64,000 nucleotides of DNA from Elusimicrobiota bacterium (GTDB lineage: Bacteria > Elusimicrobiota > Endomicrobiia > CG1-02-37-114 > JAHJSO01), in the NCBI GenBank assembly GCA_043826435.1, contig JBDRQF010000030.1:1-64000 (forward strand), given 5' to 3'. The notes under the pieces are model-generated. The model did no database searches, had not been told where the DNA came from, and saw nothing but the letters and a program-made list of their open reading frames with translations. The position numbers and the translations under genes were made by a program. Of this stretch, positions 36,451 to 46,576 are shown piece by piece. Position 1 is the first letter of the stretch, and each line of letters begins with the position of its first letter.

Positions 36451-37371
36451 TTATACGGGGTATAGTGAAGAGATTGTTTTTTCAATAGAGACGTGTGGTT
36501 TCCAGCCGGTATGTTTTTTGAGTTTCTCATTACTCCCATAACTAACAAGCACATCATTGTTCCTAAGAAGTTTTTTATCAACGACAAATTGAATTTTCCC
36601 TTTGTATTGTGAGCAGAGCCGCTGCAGAATATATTTGATAGATATCGCTTTACCGCCGCAAACATTGTATGTCTCACCAGTTCTACCTTTTTTGGCAGCA
36701 ATACAGAACGCCCTTAATGCATCTTCTATATTGATATAATCGCGTCTTACATTTATATTTCCCACATAAATTCTTGAGGATGACTTTTTTTCAACTATTT
36801 TTTTAAACTGGTTTTGAAAATTTCCAATAGATAGATGTTCAGACATCTCTGGCCCTATTATGTTAAAGGGTCTAATAAGAATTACATCCATACCTATGTT
36901 TGAGTAGTATTTTGCAATCATTGATTGCAACGCTTTAGAGCAACCATAAGGGCTGACGGGATTCAAAGGGGTTTCTTCTTTAATAGGCATTTCGTTTACA
37001 GGCACCGTCCCATATTCAGCCGCGGAGCCAAAAAGTATGATTCTCGGTTTGAAAGTTGGGATAGATTTAAGTACTTCCAGTAGAGTTTCTGTGGGCTTAT
37101 AATTAACATCAAAAAATTGTTGCCAGGTATAGTTTATTGATACCCCAATTCCCACGAGATGAAATATTATGTGTGGTCTGACTTTTTGTAGTATTCTTTT
37201 TAGTTGTATTTTATCGGACACGTTGCATTTTAAAAATTTTTTTGATTTTGTTTTGGAATAAACTTTATCTATACAATAGATTTTACATTTCTTGAAATAT
37301 TGGGGAAGGGGTTTTGTAAGATATTTTCCGAGATAACCAGCAGCGCCCGTAATCAGTATACGCTCATTCAT
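36451..37371 (-). CDS. NAD-dependent sugar epimerase/reductase (RMD/GDP-sugar SDR-like)
   Basis: TGAAGYLG, SAAEYG and YGCSK motifs. Confidence 0.85.
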   Translation of the reverse strand: MNERILITGAAGYLGKYLTKPLPQYFKKCKIYCIDKVYSKTKSKKFLKCNVSDKIQLKRILQKVRPHIIFHLVGIGVSINYTWQQFFDVNYKPTETLLEVLKSIPTFKPRIILFGSAAEYGTVPVNEMPIKEETPLNPVSPYGCSKALQSMIAKYYSNIGMDVILIRPFNIIGPEMSEHLSIGNFQNQFKKIVEKKSSSRIYVGNINVRRDYINIEDALRAFCIAAKKGRTGETYNVCGGKAISIKYILQRLCSQYKGKIQFVVDKKLLRNNDVLVSYGSNEKLKKHTGWKPHVSIEKTISSLYPV

Positions 37372-38071
37372 AAAATTTCTTTAATTTGCTATTAGAATAC
37401 AACTCATTTGCTTTTTCATAATCCTCATATCTACCGATATCAAGCCAGGAGCCATCGTGTATTTTGCAATTTATTTTTTCATTGTTATTTTTTAGTCGCA
37501 AAATAAGTTCCGGCATACCCAGGACTTCATTTTTTCGGATATAGGAAATGCACGCTTTATTCAGAATATATATTCCCGTGCTGACATAGAAACTGTAGGA
37601 AGGTTTTTCTATATAGTCGGTGAAGTTATCTTTACCTTTTATCTTAACAATTCCATAATCTATTGTAGCGGTGCGTTTTTTTACGCAGATAGTCGCAGCA
37701 GAGTTTTTTTGTATATGATATTTATAGATGTCCTTGAATTTTATGTTGCTTAAAATATCCCCATTTATGACAAGAAAGTTATTATGAAGTCCTTTAATGA
37801 GTTTAATCGCACCCGCGGTGCTCAATGGTTTTGTTTCATAGACATATTTTATCCGAACACCCCACTTTTTGCCGTCACCAAAATAGGCGTGAATAAGTTC
37901 TGCAAGGTGTCCTGTAGAGATGATAATCTCTTTGAAATTATTTTTTTTGAGTTGTTTGACAATAATTTCAAGTATCGGTTTGTCTCCGATAGGCATCAGT
38001 GGTTTTGGAATAACAGTCGTATAAGGTTTTAGTCGTGTGCCTTTCCCGCCTGCCAGTATTATTGCTTGCAT
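37364..38071 (-). CDS. Sugar-phosphate nucleotidyltransferase
   Basis: LAGGKGTRL..T..PKPL, NGD and WLDIG motifs. Confidence 0.9.
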   Translation of the reverse strand: MQAIILAGGKGTRLKPYTTVIPKPLMPIGDKPILEIIVKQLKKNNFKEIIISTGHLAELIHAYFGDGKKWGVRIKYVYETKPLSTAGAIKLIKGLHNNFLVINGDILSNIKFKDIYKYHIQKNSAATICVKKRTATIDYGIVKIKGKDNFTDYIEKPSYSFYVSTGIYILNKACISYIRKNEVLGMPELILRLKNNNEKINCKIHDGSWLDIGRYEDYEKANELYSNSKLKKFYE

Positions 38072-38074
38072 AGT

Positions 38075-39067
38075 TTATATATTGTATACTCCTGTTTTAT
38101 ATCTTTCAATATTTTTTTCAATATAAGCAATTGTTTCCAAAAGTCCTTCCTCTAAGTTGCATTCGGGTTTCCAGTTTAAAACTTTTTTTGCTTTTGTGTT
38201 ATCGCAAATTAAAACCATTACCTCGCTTCCGTCAGGTCTTACCCTTTTGATATCCCTTGAGGATTTTGCACTCCTATCCATGAGTTTGCAGAGTAAATTG
38301 TACAAATCTCCGATGTTTATTCCTTTACCACTTCCTATATTTATCACGCTTCCAATGGTCTTTTCAGATTCGGCGGCTTTTATGAAGGATTTAACGGTGT
38401 CCTTTACATAAGTGAAATCGCGTATCGGCGAGAGAGAGCCAATTTTTATATTTTTTTTGTTCAGTATAAGTTGTGAGATTATCGTAGGAATAATGGCTCT
38501 CGCTGACTGTCGTGGCCCGAACGTATTAAAAGGTCTTATCGTTGCAACAGGCAGTTTGAAGGAACAAAAATAACTTTCTGCGAGTTTATCGGCAGCGATT
38601 TTTGACGCCGAATATGGGGACTGGCCAACGAGCGGGTGTCTCTCATTTATCGGTGTGTATTGTGCGGTTCCATAGACCTCGCTTGTTGAGGTATGGATGA
38701 CCTTTTGCAGATTGTTTTTTAAGGCCGCTTCAAGTATATTTAATGTTCCAATAATATTCGTTTCTGCGTAATGGGACGGCGCTGTATATGAAAAAGGGAT
38801 AGAGATAACAGCCGCCAGATGAAAGATAATGTCTGTATCTTTCGTTATTTTCAGGCAGAAGTGCGGGTCCCTTATATCGCCAGTTACAACTTCTATGTTT
38901 GATTTTATTTCTTCTGGAAGTTCTTCAATCATACCCCAATCATTGCGGGAGTTGTAACGAACAAGTGCTTTGACTTTTGTGGATTTTTTTATGAGTTCTT
39001 CAACCAGATGACTTCCTATAAATCCACCAGCGCCTGTAACCAGAGTCCTTGATTTTTTCAATTGCAT
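38075..39067 (-). CDS. NAD-dependent NDP-sugar 4,6-dehydratase (LegB-like SDR)
   Basis: TGAGGFIGSHL, TSTSEVYG, QSPYSASK and RPFNTFGPRQSARA motifs. Confidence 0.88.
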   Translation of the reverse strand: MQLKKSRTLVTGAGGFIGSHLVEELIKKSTKVKALVRYNSRNDWGMIEELPEEIKSNIEVVTGDIRDPHFCLKITKDTDIIFHLAAVISIPFSYTAPSHYAETNIIGTLNILEAALKNNLQKVIHTSTSEVYGTAQYTPINERHPLVGQSPYSASKIAADKLAESYFCSFKLPVATIRPFNTFGPRQSARAIIPTIISQLILNKKNIKIGSLSPIRDFTYVKDTVKSFIKAAESEKTIGSVINIGSGKGINIGDLYNLLCKLMDRSAKSSRDIKRVRPDGSEVMVLICDNTKAKKVLNWKPECNLEEGLLETIAYIEKNIERYKTGVYNI

Positions 39068-39174
39068 TTAAACACTATCTCCTTTGAGATTTTCCTATTA
39101 CTTGCGAATGTAACAGTTAAACATTCTAAAGACCGCAGACCGCGATTTTTAGAATAACTTTCACATTAATAAAA

Positions 39175-39281
39175 ATATTATACCTTAAAATTACAGGGAT
39201 GTCAAATTTATCGGCAGTTTTATTTCAGTTTTCTATAATTTGATGTGACGCTTTGACGGATGTATAAAAATTTGGTATAAT
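39175..39281. promoter_or_regulatory. Divergent sigma70 promoter pair, second copy of the 30556..30644 module
   Basis: Minus strand TTGACA-17-TATAAT; plus strand TTGACG-17-TATAAT with TGn extension (39253-39281). Confidence 0.8.
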
Positions 39282-39313
39282 ATAAAAAAGTACTGTGAAA
39301 GAATTCCCGAAAT

Positions 39314-40546
39314 ATGCTTGATATTGTCCGGTGCCCGAAATGTTCGGGCAAAATTAAGATAGATGAAGGAGATGGCTTGTTCGGCATTGCGTCGTGCGGG
39401 TGTTCCGTTTATCCCGTTGTTTTCTCCATCCTCGTATTAAAACGGGATGATATTGCAAGAAAACTCCTTGACCTTGTCCGGAAGAAGAAGTACGGGCAAA
39501 TACCCGCAATTATCCTCGGCAGGGAGTATTTTAAGTTCAGGGTTTTATCCCTGCTTGAATCAATGGGCGGAAACTGGACGTTTGCGGCTTTCCGTTCGGC
39601 GCGGGCGCTGGACCTGTGGAACACGGGAAGGTACAGCAGCGTTTATTTCAAGTACAGGTACGGCAGCGGGAGTTTTGTGGCGACGTTCCCGTTCCTGTCA
39701 TACTGCAGGGGGAGAACTCTTGAGTTGTGCTCAGGCACGGGGCATTTTTCCTACTGGATAGACAGGATGCTGGTGGCGGAGGGATCCGCCGGGCAGCCGG
39801 CAGTGCCGCAAAATCCGGGGCTTATATGCATGGACCACTCCGTTAAATATCTTTTTTTATTGAAGAAATTTTTTGCGAAGGACGCTTTTTGCATTTCAAT
39901 GGACTTAAACGAGAGGCTGCCTTTTAGCGACGGAGTTTTTTCAACCGTCGTCTGCGTTGACGGCCTGCACTGTTTGTCCGACAAGAAAAAAATCATTGAC
40001 GAATCAAAAAGGACGCTTACGGACGACGGCAACATGGTATTTACCCACACCCACAACCGGCTCAACAGGAAGCACGCTTTTACCGGGGAGCCGCTGTCTC
40101 CGGCAGAATACAGAGGGCTGTTCGGCGATTACCGTGTTAACCTTTATCCCGAAGAAAAATTTTTTAACTGTCCTGTAAATCTTAAGGACGGGCTCGGATA
40201 CCATGCAACTCCCGAGGAACTGGATGCCTCGTACGCCCTGCAGATTGTAGCGGGGAAGAGCCCGGTGGATTTTTCGGAAATACCGGCGATGGAAAGAAGA
40301 ATTACCGATGCCCTTGTGTCCCCCGGAGAAAAGAAGATTATCAACCCGATATTCAGGGTGAAAAAAACCGCAGACGGCTTCCTGCTTAAACTGAAGATTC
40401 CGCACCCGGAATTTTTAAGGGAATACCCTGAAATAAAAACCATATTCCCGGAAGAAATTAAATTACCGTCCGACGTCCTGATTAATACGGACGAGGGACT
40501 CTACCGCAGGTTTATAGTCCTGAACGTCCCCGGGAGGTACGTGTGA
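39314..40546 (+). CDS. Class I SAM-dependent methyltransferase with N-terminal Zn-ribbon
   Basis: CPKC...CGC; LELCSGTG; LPF.DG.F..V. Confidence 0.75.
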   Translation: MLDIVRCPKCSGKIKIDEGDGLFGIASCGCSVYPVVFSILVLKRDDIARKLLDLVRKKKYGQIPAIILGREYFKFRVLSLLESMGGNWTFAAFRSARALDLWNTGRYSSVYFKYRYGSGSFVATFPFLSYCRGRTLELCSGTGHFSYWIDRMLVAEGSAGQPAVPQNPGLICMDHSVKYLFLLKKFFAKDAFCISMDLNERLPFSDGVFSTVVCVDGLHCLSDKKKIIDESKRTLTDDGNMVFTHTHNRLNRKHAFTGEPLSPAEYRGLFGDYRVNLYPEEKFFNCPVNLKDGLGYHATPEELDASYALQIVAGKSPVDFSEIPAMERRITDALVSPGEKKIINPIFRVKKTADGFLLKLKIPHPEFLREYPEIKTIFPEEIKLPSDVLINTDEGLYRRFIVLNVPGRYV

Positions 40547-41346
40547 TGCCTTTCGTTATAATTCTTGTTGTCCTTACTGTCCCGGCGGCGATTTTTTTCT
40601 GCTGGTATCAAATGTTGGTGAGAAAGTATAAAAACAGCAGTTTCATAATGGTTTATCACAAGGTTGACCGCTACAGGGGCGGGCTTAAAGGTTTGTGCGT
40701 CAGCCCCGAGGCGTTTGACAGGCAGATGGATTATCTGTACAGGAGGGGCTACAGGGCAATCCCCCTTGGGTCGCTTGTGGACTCAATAATAAACAAAAAG
40801 GACATTTTACCGAAGACCTTCGTCCTGACGTTTGACGACGGCTATGAAAACAATTATGTGAACGTGTTACCCGTTTTGAAGAAATACGGGTGGACCGCCA
40901 CGGTATTCCTGAATGCCGGTGCGATAGGACAAACGGTCCAGTACCCCATGCAGCCGCCGGAAAAGCACCTGACCGCAGAGCAGATAAAAGAGATGTCGGG
41001 CCGGTTTGATTTTGAACCGCACGGCATAACCCACAGGGCGCTGACGGGACTTTCGGACGACGAAATCCTGGAAGAGGCGGAAGGTTCAAAAAAAGTTGTT
41101 GAGCAACTTACCGGAAAGGATGCGGATATTTTCTGTTACCCGTTCGGGGAATATAACGGGAGGGTAATAAATCTCCTAAAGGAAGCCGGCTACAGGGCAT
41201 CCTGCACGACACGGACGGGCATCGTGAGGCAGGACGCGGATGCGTATCAACTGCCCAGGTTTGAATTCAAAGAGACAAAGGTCTGGAGCCCCCGTTATTT
41301 TTTCAGGAATTTTGATTTTTATCTCAGGACATTTTTTGCAATTTGA
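40546..41346 (+). CDS. Polysaccharide deacetylase (CE4)
   Basis: YHKV, TFDDG, HGITH and YPFG motifs; N-terminal TM. Confidence 0.9.
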   Translation: MPFVIILVVLTVPAAIFFCWYQMLVRKYKNSSFIMVYHKVDRYRGGLKGLCVSPEAFDRQMDYLYRRGYRAIPLGSLVDSIINKKDILPKTFVLTFDDGYENNYVNVLPVLKKYGWTATVFLNAGAIGQTVQYPMQPPEKHLTAEQIKEMSGRFDFEPHGITHRALTGLSDDEILEEAEGSKKVVEQLTGKDADIFCYPFGEYNGRVINLLKEAGYRASCTTRTGIVRQDADAYQLPRFEFKETKVWSPRYFFRNFDFYLRTFFAI

Positions 41347-41353
41347 CACGAAG

Positions 41354-41386
41354 TGTCATTGCGAGCCCGAAGGGCGTGGCAATCTC
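41354..41386 (+). repeat. GTCATTGCGAG palindromic repeat copy
   Basis: tgtcattgcgagcccgaagggcgtggcaatctc. Confidence 0.88.
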
Positions 41387-41430
41387 AAACGCAGGTGCAA
41401 TGTTTGACATAGGGATATGCGAATATATGT

Positions 41431-42561
41431 ATGATGTTACACGCAAATTTTAAAATGCTCTATGCCTTGTTGAAAATTATTATGGCGCCTTTTGCCGTTT
41501 TTTATTACATAGCCCTGAAAGTAAGAAAGGCCGCCTATTCCGTCGGTGTTTTCAGGCGGAAAAAACTTCCTGCCAGGGTTATTTCCGTCGGTAATATTAC
41601 GTTAGGGGGGACAGGCAAGAGTTCTTTTGTTTATCACCTGTGCAGGTTCCTCGGAGGACACGGAAAGAGGTGCTGTGTCCTTACCAGAGGGTACATGGGC
41701 TGGCGCCGCAGGCACCCGGACGAAACCCACATCCTTGACGGCAAATCAACTGAAAGGGTGGGAGCGGGGGTAGGTGCGGGAGCAATCGCGGATGGGATAG
41801 GCGAGGGAGGTGTAGGCGTGGATACGGTGGGTGATGAGCCCTGGTTACTGGCGCATAAGTTAAAGGGAATACCAGTTGCCGTTTCCGCCGACAGGTATTC
41901 TGCCGGACTGGAGGCGATGAAAAAATACCCCGTGGATATTTTTGTTCTGGACGACGGTTTCCAGCACTGGGGACTGGCAAGGGATATGGACGTTGTCATG
42001 GTTGATTGTCTTTCCCCGTTCGGCGGTGGGCTGTTCCCTGCGGGCTCTGCAAGGGAGCCGCTGGGTTGTCTCGCCAGGGCGGACGCCATAGTCCTGACCA
42101 ACACAAACCTCGTCACCGAAGCCGCCGTAAAGAATGTCTCAAACAAAATCAGGAGATACAATAAATGGGCGAAAATCGTCACGACGTCTTACAGGGCAAC
42201 CGGTATTGAGAGGTTATCCGACGGTGAGCATCTGTCCACGTTATACCTCAAAGGCAAAAAGATATGCGCCCTGTCCGGCATAGGCAACCCCGTTTCTTTT
42301 GAAAAGACGCTGGAGTCGTTAGGTTGCGAAGTGGCTGCCCGCCTGCGGTATCCCGACCATCATCAATTTACTATGAAAGATTTGAATAAAATCTCAAAAT
42401 ATTATAAAATATATGGTTGTGAAGTGGTAACTACTGAAAAGGACTCTGTCCGTTTGAAAGCAACGGGAGAGGTGAGCGGGATGGAGTTTATGTACGTATT
42501 AAAAGTGGAGATGGACGGCCTTACAAGGGCGCTACCCGGTATTGTGGGGATGATGGAATAA
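41431..42561 (+). CDS. lpxK: Tetraacyldisaccharide 4'-kinase
   Basis: VGNITLGGTGKS, GDEP, LDDGFQH, PDHH and TTEKD motifs; start may be 41455. Confidence 0.95.
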   Translation: MMLHANFKMLYALLKIIMAPFAVFYYIALKVRKAAYSVGVFRRKKLPARVISVGNITLGGTGKSSFVYHLCRFLGGHGKRCCVLTRGYMGWRRRHPDETHILDGKSTERVGAGVGAGAIADGIGEGGVGVDTVGDEPWLLAHKLKGIPVAVSADRYSAGLEAMKKYPVDIFVLDDGFQHWGLARDMDVVMVDCLSPFGGGLFPAGSAREPLGCLARADAIVLTNTNLVTEAAVKNVSNKIRRYNKWAKIVTTSYRATGIERLSDGEHLSTLYLKGKKICALSGIGNPVSFEKTLESLGCEVAARLRYPDHHQFTMKDLNKISKYYKIYGCEVVTTEKDSVRLKATGEVSGMEFMYVLKVEMDGLTRALPGIVGMME

Positions 42562-42562
42562 T

Positions 42563-43180
42563 ATGAGGAGAAAGAGATTTTTCAGACAGGCGGATAACCG
42601 GACGGCAATGCCCCGTGAGGGGCATTGCGATAAACCGCAGGGCAAGAAGAGGGCGGTATTTCTGGACAGGGACGGTACGATTATTGAGGACAGGGGCTAC
42701 ATTTCAAAACCCGACGAGGTTGAATTTTATCCGGGGGCGATAGGCGCCCTGAAACTTCTGAAGTCCCATGGTTTTGAACTGGTAATTATAACGAACCAGT
42801 CGGGGATAGCCCGCAGGTACCTTACGCATGAAGCCCTGAACAAGATTCACGACAAGATTCTCGGTACTTTGAAATTAAACAACATCAGCATTGCGGCGGT
42901 GTATTTCTGCCCGCATCACCCCGACGAGAAATGTTCCTGCAGGAAACCCAACATCGGCATGGTCACCAGCGCAGAGAAAAGGTTAAACCTTGACCTGTCA
43001 AAGTCATTCGTCGTAGGGGATAAGATTACGGACACAGTCCTTGCAAAGAGGTTCGGAGGGAAAGGCGTGCTTGTTTTAACCGGATTCGGCGCCAAAGAAA
43101 AAAGGGAGCCGCGACCGGATTTTGTAGCGAAGGACCTGGTTTCAGCCGTCGGATGGATAATAAAAAATTCAAAGAATTAA
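42563..43180 (+). CDS. gmhB: D-glycero-D-manno-heptose 1,7-bisphosphate phosphatase
   Basis: FLDRDGT, TNQSGI and CPHHP..CSCRKP motifs. Confidence 0.9.
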   Translation: MRRKRFFRQADNRTAMPREGHCDKPQGKKRAVFLDRDGTIIEDRGYISKPDEVEFYPGAIGALKLLKSHGFELVIITNQSGIARRYLTHEALNKIHDKILGTLKLNNISIAAVYFCPHHPDEKCSCRKPNIGMVTSAEKRLNLDLSKSFVVGDKITDTVLAKRFGGKGVLVLTGFGAKEKREPRPDFVAKDLVSAVGWIIKNSKN

Positions 43181-43962
43181 TATGTGTATGCGGCCTGTTT
43201 TCGGTGTCCGCCGTGTTTGCGGCAGGCATTTTTTCCCAGGATGCGTCCGTATCAACGTTTACCTGGCGGAGGGTTGAAAACAGGGCGTTCACGGTGGGTG
43301 AACGGTTTCAATATACTTTGAGGTGGGGGCTGATGGTTGTCGGCTATGCGACGATAGAAGTGGCGGGACAGGAAGAGGTCAACGGCCGCATGGCTTACCA
43401 CATAATCGCCAGGTCAAATTCATATCCGTTTTTTGACAATATCTACAAGGTGAGGAACATAGACGAGTCATGGATGGACGTTGAAGGGATGTGTTCCCTC
43501 AAATACCAGAAAACCCAGCGTGAGGGCGGCTATTCAAGGGACGAGTTGATATTCTTTGACCACGCGAACCGGAAATTCAATATGATAGAAAGAGTGAAGG
43601 GAAAACAGCCCGTTAGCAAAACAGGGGACATCCCGGCATTCGTTCAGGATATAATATCGGCGCTTTATTATGTCCGGCTGCAGCAGATGGACTCCCGCGG
43701 CGAGTTTTTCGTTGACGCTCACACGGGGGACAAAAATTATCCGCTCAAAGTGGTCGTTTACGGGAAAGAAAGGGTAAAAGTCCCGGCCGGCAGGTACGAG
43801 TGTTTCCATGTAGAGCCGTTCGTCGCGCAGGATACCGGTATTTTCAGGGCGAAGGGGCGGCTGTGGATATGGCTTACGGCTGACAGCAGAAGGATTCCGG
43901 TCCTGATGAAATCAAAGATTTTCGTCGGGTACATAACCGCCGAATTGGTGGAAAAAAATTAA
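43153..43962 (+). CDS. DUF3108-like exported protein
   Basis: GE...Y..WG...G.A, DIISALYY.R and W..AD.RRIPV patterns. Confidence 0.7.
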   Translation: MDNKKFKELICVCGLFSVSAVFAAGIFSQDASVSTFTWRRVENRAFTVGERFQYTLRWGLMVVGYATIEVAGQEEVNGRMAYHIIARSNSYPFFDNIYKVRNIDESWMDVEGMCSLKYQKTQREGGYSRDELIFFDHANRKFNMIERVKGKQPVSKTGDIPAFVQDIISALYYVRLQQMDSRGEFFVDAHTGDKNYPLKVVVYGKERVKVPAGRYECFHVEPFVAQDTGIFRAKGRLWIWLTADSRRIPVLMKSKIFVGYITAELVEKN

Positions 43963-44946
43963 ATGAAAACAAATCGCAACGTATTCGTTGAAAGGTTTGA
44001 CAGGGCGAAAGTTATGGTGGTAGGCGACCTCATAGTTGACAGGTTCGTTTACGGAAACGTGGCAAGGATTTCGCCTGAGGCGCCCGTGCCCGTCGTGGAC
44101 GTTACAAAAGAGAGATATCTCCCGGGAGGAGCCGGGAACGTTGCAAGCAATATTTCCGTCCTTGGCGGCAAAGTGTATCTTTTCAGCGTTATAGGCAACG
44201 ACCATGCAGGGAGCAGGATAAAAACCGACCTTAATTCCATGAAGATAAATACCGACGGAATTATAATTGATTCCACCAGGCCCACGACCATAAAGACAAG
44301 AATTATCGCCAACCACCAGCAGGTTGTCAGGTATGACAGGGAAAGCAGGAAGGAAGTCCCCCGCGACCTGTATGATGAAATTTTCGCAAGGGCAGGGAAG
44401 GCCATTGCCGGGGTTGACGTCGTCCTACTTTCGGACTACGGGAAGGGCGTCCTGAAGCCCGTTTTTCTGAAGAGAATAATAGAACTTTCAAAGAAATACA
44501 GGAAGCCCGTAATAGTTGACCCGAAGGTTGAACACTTCCTCATGTACCGCAAGGTGGCGTCACTCACGCCGAACCTGCAGGAGGCGGCGCTGGGTATGGG
44601 CATAACCAGGGGCATAACATCCGAAAATGAAATCCGGGAATTAGGGCAGAAAATCATCAGGCGACTGGGTTGTGGATCCGTTATAATTACTCTCGGCGAA
44701 CGGGGGATGGCGATTTTTGAAAAAAATAAAAAACCCGTGTTTGTCCCGACGGCGGCGAGAGAGGTATTTGACGTTACCGGCGCCGGGGATACGGTCGTGG
44801 CGACGCTTGCGCTGTGTCTTGCATCAGGGCTGCCGCTGAGGACGTCCGCAGAGATATCAAACTACGCTGCGGGGGTTGTGGTCGGGAAATTAGGCACGGC
44901 GACGGTATCAAAAGAGGAACTTAAGTCGGCGATATGCTCAAGATAA
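43963..44946 (+). CDS. rfaE1: D-glycero-beta-D-manno-heptose-7-phosphate kinase (HldE domain I)
   Basis: RISPEAPVPVV, SDYGKG and DVTGAGDT motifs. Confidence 0.93.
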   Translation: MKTNRNVFVERFDRAKVMVVGDLIVDRFVYGNVARISPEAPVPVVDVTKERYLPGGAGNVASNISVLGGKVYLFSVIGNDHAGSRIKTDLNSMKINTDGIIIDSTRPTTIKTRIIANHQQVVRYDRESRKEVPRDLYDEIFARAGKAIAGVDVVLLSDYGKGVLKPVFLKRIIELSKKYRKPVIVDPKVEHFLMYRKVASLTPNLQEAALGMGITRGITSENEIRELGQKIIRRLGCGSVIITLGERGMAIFEKNKKPVFVPTAAREVFDVTGAGDTVVATLALCLASGLPLRTSAEISNYAAGVVVGKLGTATVSKEELKSAICSR

Positions 44947-45713
44947 TTTGTGTTATCCCTGTGAGATACGATGCGACGAGGTTCCCCGGAAAGCCGCTGG
45001 CGATGCTCCGCGGCAAGCCGATGGTCAGGCGGGTGTGGGAAATCGCAAAAAAGGTGGAAGGTATTGACAGGGTTCTTATCGCCACCGACGACAAAAGGAT
45101 TTTTGATACGGCAAAAGGGTTCGGGGCTGAGGCGGTTATGACATCCCCCCGGTGCCCGTCCGGCACGGACAGGGTGGCTGAGGCGGTGAGTGATGTCCAC
45201 TGTTCTTTTGTCGTCAACCTGCAGGGAGACGAGCCGCTTATGCCTCCGTCGGTAATTAAAAGGACGATTGCGGGGCTTGTGCAGGACAATTCGGCGGTTG
45301 TCTCAACGCCTGTCGTGGCAATACCCTCCGGCGGCAGGACGGTGGGTACGGCTGCCCGGAAAAGGGCCATGCAGAACCCGAATTTTGTAAAGGTTGTATT
45401 TGATAGGAACGGGCATGCACTTTATTTTTCGCGGTCGGTTATCCCCGATACAAGCCGTGTGGGGGTTTTACCGACGGGAACCGTGTATATGTACAAGCAC
45501 ATCGGCCTGTACGTGTACAGAAAGAAGTTTCTGGAAAGGTTCGTCCGGATGCCGCAGAGCCGTCTTGAAAAGGCGGAAAAACTTGAACAGTTGAGAATAC
45601 TGGAGAACGGTTTTAAGATTAAGGTTGTGGTGGTTGACAAAGATACAGTCCCGGTGGATACGCCGCGGGACTTAAAAAAGGCAGAAAATTATTTGAAGAG
45701 GAAAATCCAATGA
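44934..45713 (+). CDS. kdsB: CMP-Kdo synthetase
   Basis: TRFPGKPL, SGTDR, NLQGDEP and LEQLR motifs. Confidence 0.95.
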   Translation: MLKIICVIPVRYDATRFPGKPLAMLRGKPMVRRVWEIAKKVEGIDRVLIATDDKRIFDTAKGFGAEAVMTSPRCPSGTDRVAEAVSDVHCSFVVNLQGDEPLMPPSVIKRTIAGLVQDNSAVVSTPVVAIPSGGRTVGTAARKRAMQNPNFVKVVFDRNGHALYFSRSVIPDTSRVGVLPTGTVYMYKHIGLYVYRKKFLERFVRMPQSRLEKAEKLEQLRILENGFKIKVVVVDKDTVPVDTPRDLKKAENYLKRKIQ

Positions 45714-46552
45714 GTGCAACAAGCAAGATTGTTTCAGTGGGAGAAATTAAAATAGGGAAAGGTTGTCCTCTGGTTTTAATCGCTGGGCCGTGCGTAATTG
45801 AATCGGAAAAGAAGACCATTGAAACCGCGGTAAAGATAAAGGAAATCTCGGGACGGCTTAAAATCCCGTTCATTTTCAAATCATCATACGACAAGTCAAA
45901 CAGGTCGTCCGTTGAGTATTACCGTGGTCCCGGGCAGAAGGAAGGACTGAGGATTCTCTCAAAGGTAAAAAGGGAAACAGGGGTACCGGTTTTAAGCGAT
46001 GTTCACTGCAGGACGGAAATCGCCCCCGCGGCGGAGGTTCTTGACATAATCCAGATACCCGCATACCTGTGCCAGCAGACGGACATGGTGGTTGAAGCGG
46101 CAAAAACAGGCAAAGTGTTGAATATAAAAAAAGGTCAGTTTATTGCACCGCATGATATGGAAAAAATTTGCGATAAAGCGGTTTCATCAGGCAATGACAA
46201 AATTATACTTACAGAAAGAGGGAGTGTTTTCGGGTACAACAATTTGGTTGCAGACATGAGGTCAATCCCGATAATGCAGGGGATGGGTTATCCCGTCCTT
46301 GTGGACGTAACGCACATTGTCAGGATGCCGGGGCCCGCTTCAAAAGACCCGTCGGGAGGCCAGCCGGAGTTTATATCCGTTCTTGCAAGGGCGTCTGCCG
46401 CAGCCGGCGTAGATGGGTTGTTTATAGAGGTGCACCCGGAACCCGCGGAGGCGTTGTGCGATGCGGCAAGCATGCTGAAACTTTCGGGACTTGAAGAATT
46501 ACTGGCGACGGTGACAAGAATTGCCGCCATAGTGAGGAGAGCGACGAAGTGA
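45710..46552 (+). CDS. kdsA: Kdo 8-phosphate synthase
   Basis: AGPCVIES, KSSYDKSNRSS, KKGQF and ERG..FGYNNLV motifs. Confidence 0.95.
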   Translation: MSATSKIVSVGEIKIGKGCPLVLIAGPCVIESEKKTIETAVKIKEISGRLKIPFIFKSSYDKSNRSSVEYYRGPGQKEGLRILSKVKRETGVPVLSDVHCRTEIAPAAEVLDIIQIPAYLCQQTDMVVEAAKTGKVLNIKKGQFIAPHDMEKICDKAVSSGNDKIILTERGSVFGYNNLVADMRSIPIMQGMGYPVLVDVTHIVRMPGPASKDPSGGQPEFISVLARASAAAGVDGLFIEVHPEPAEALCDAASMLKLSGLEELLATVTRIAAIVRRATK

Positions 46553-46576
46553 GGGCACGACAATCAGGGGGATACT

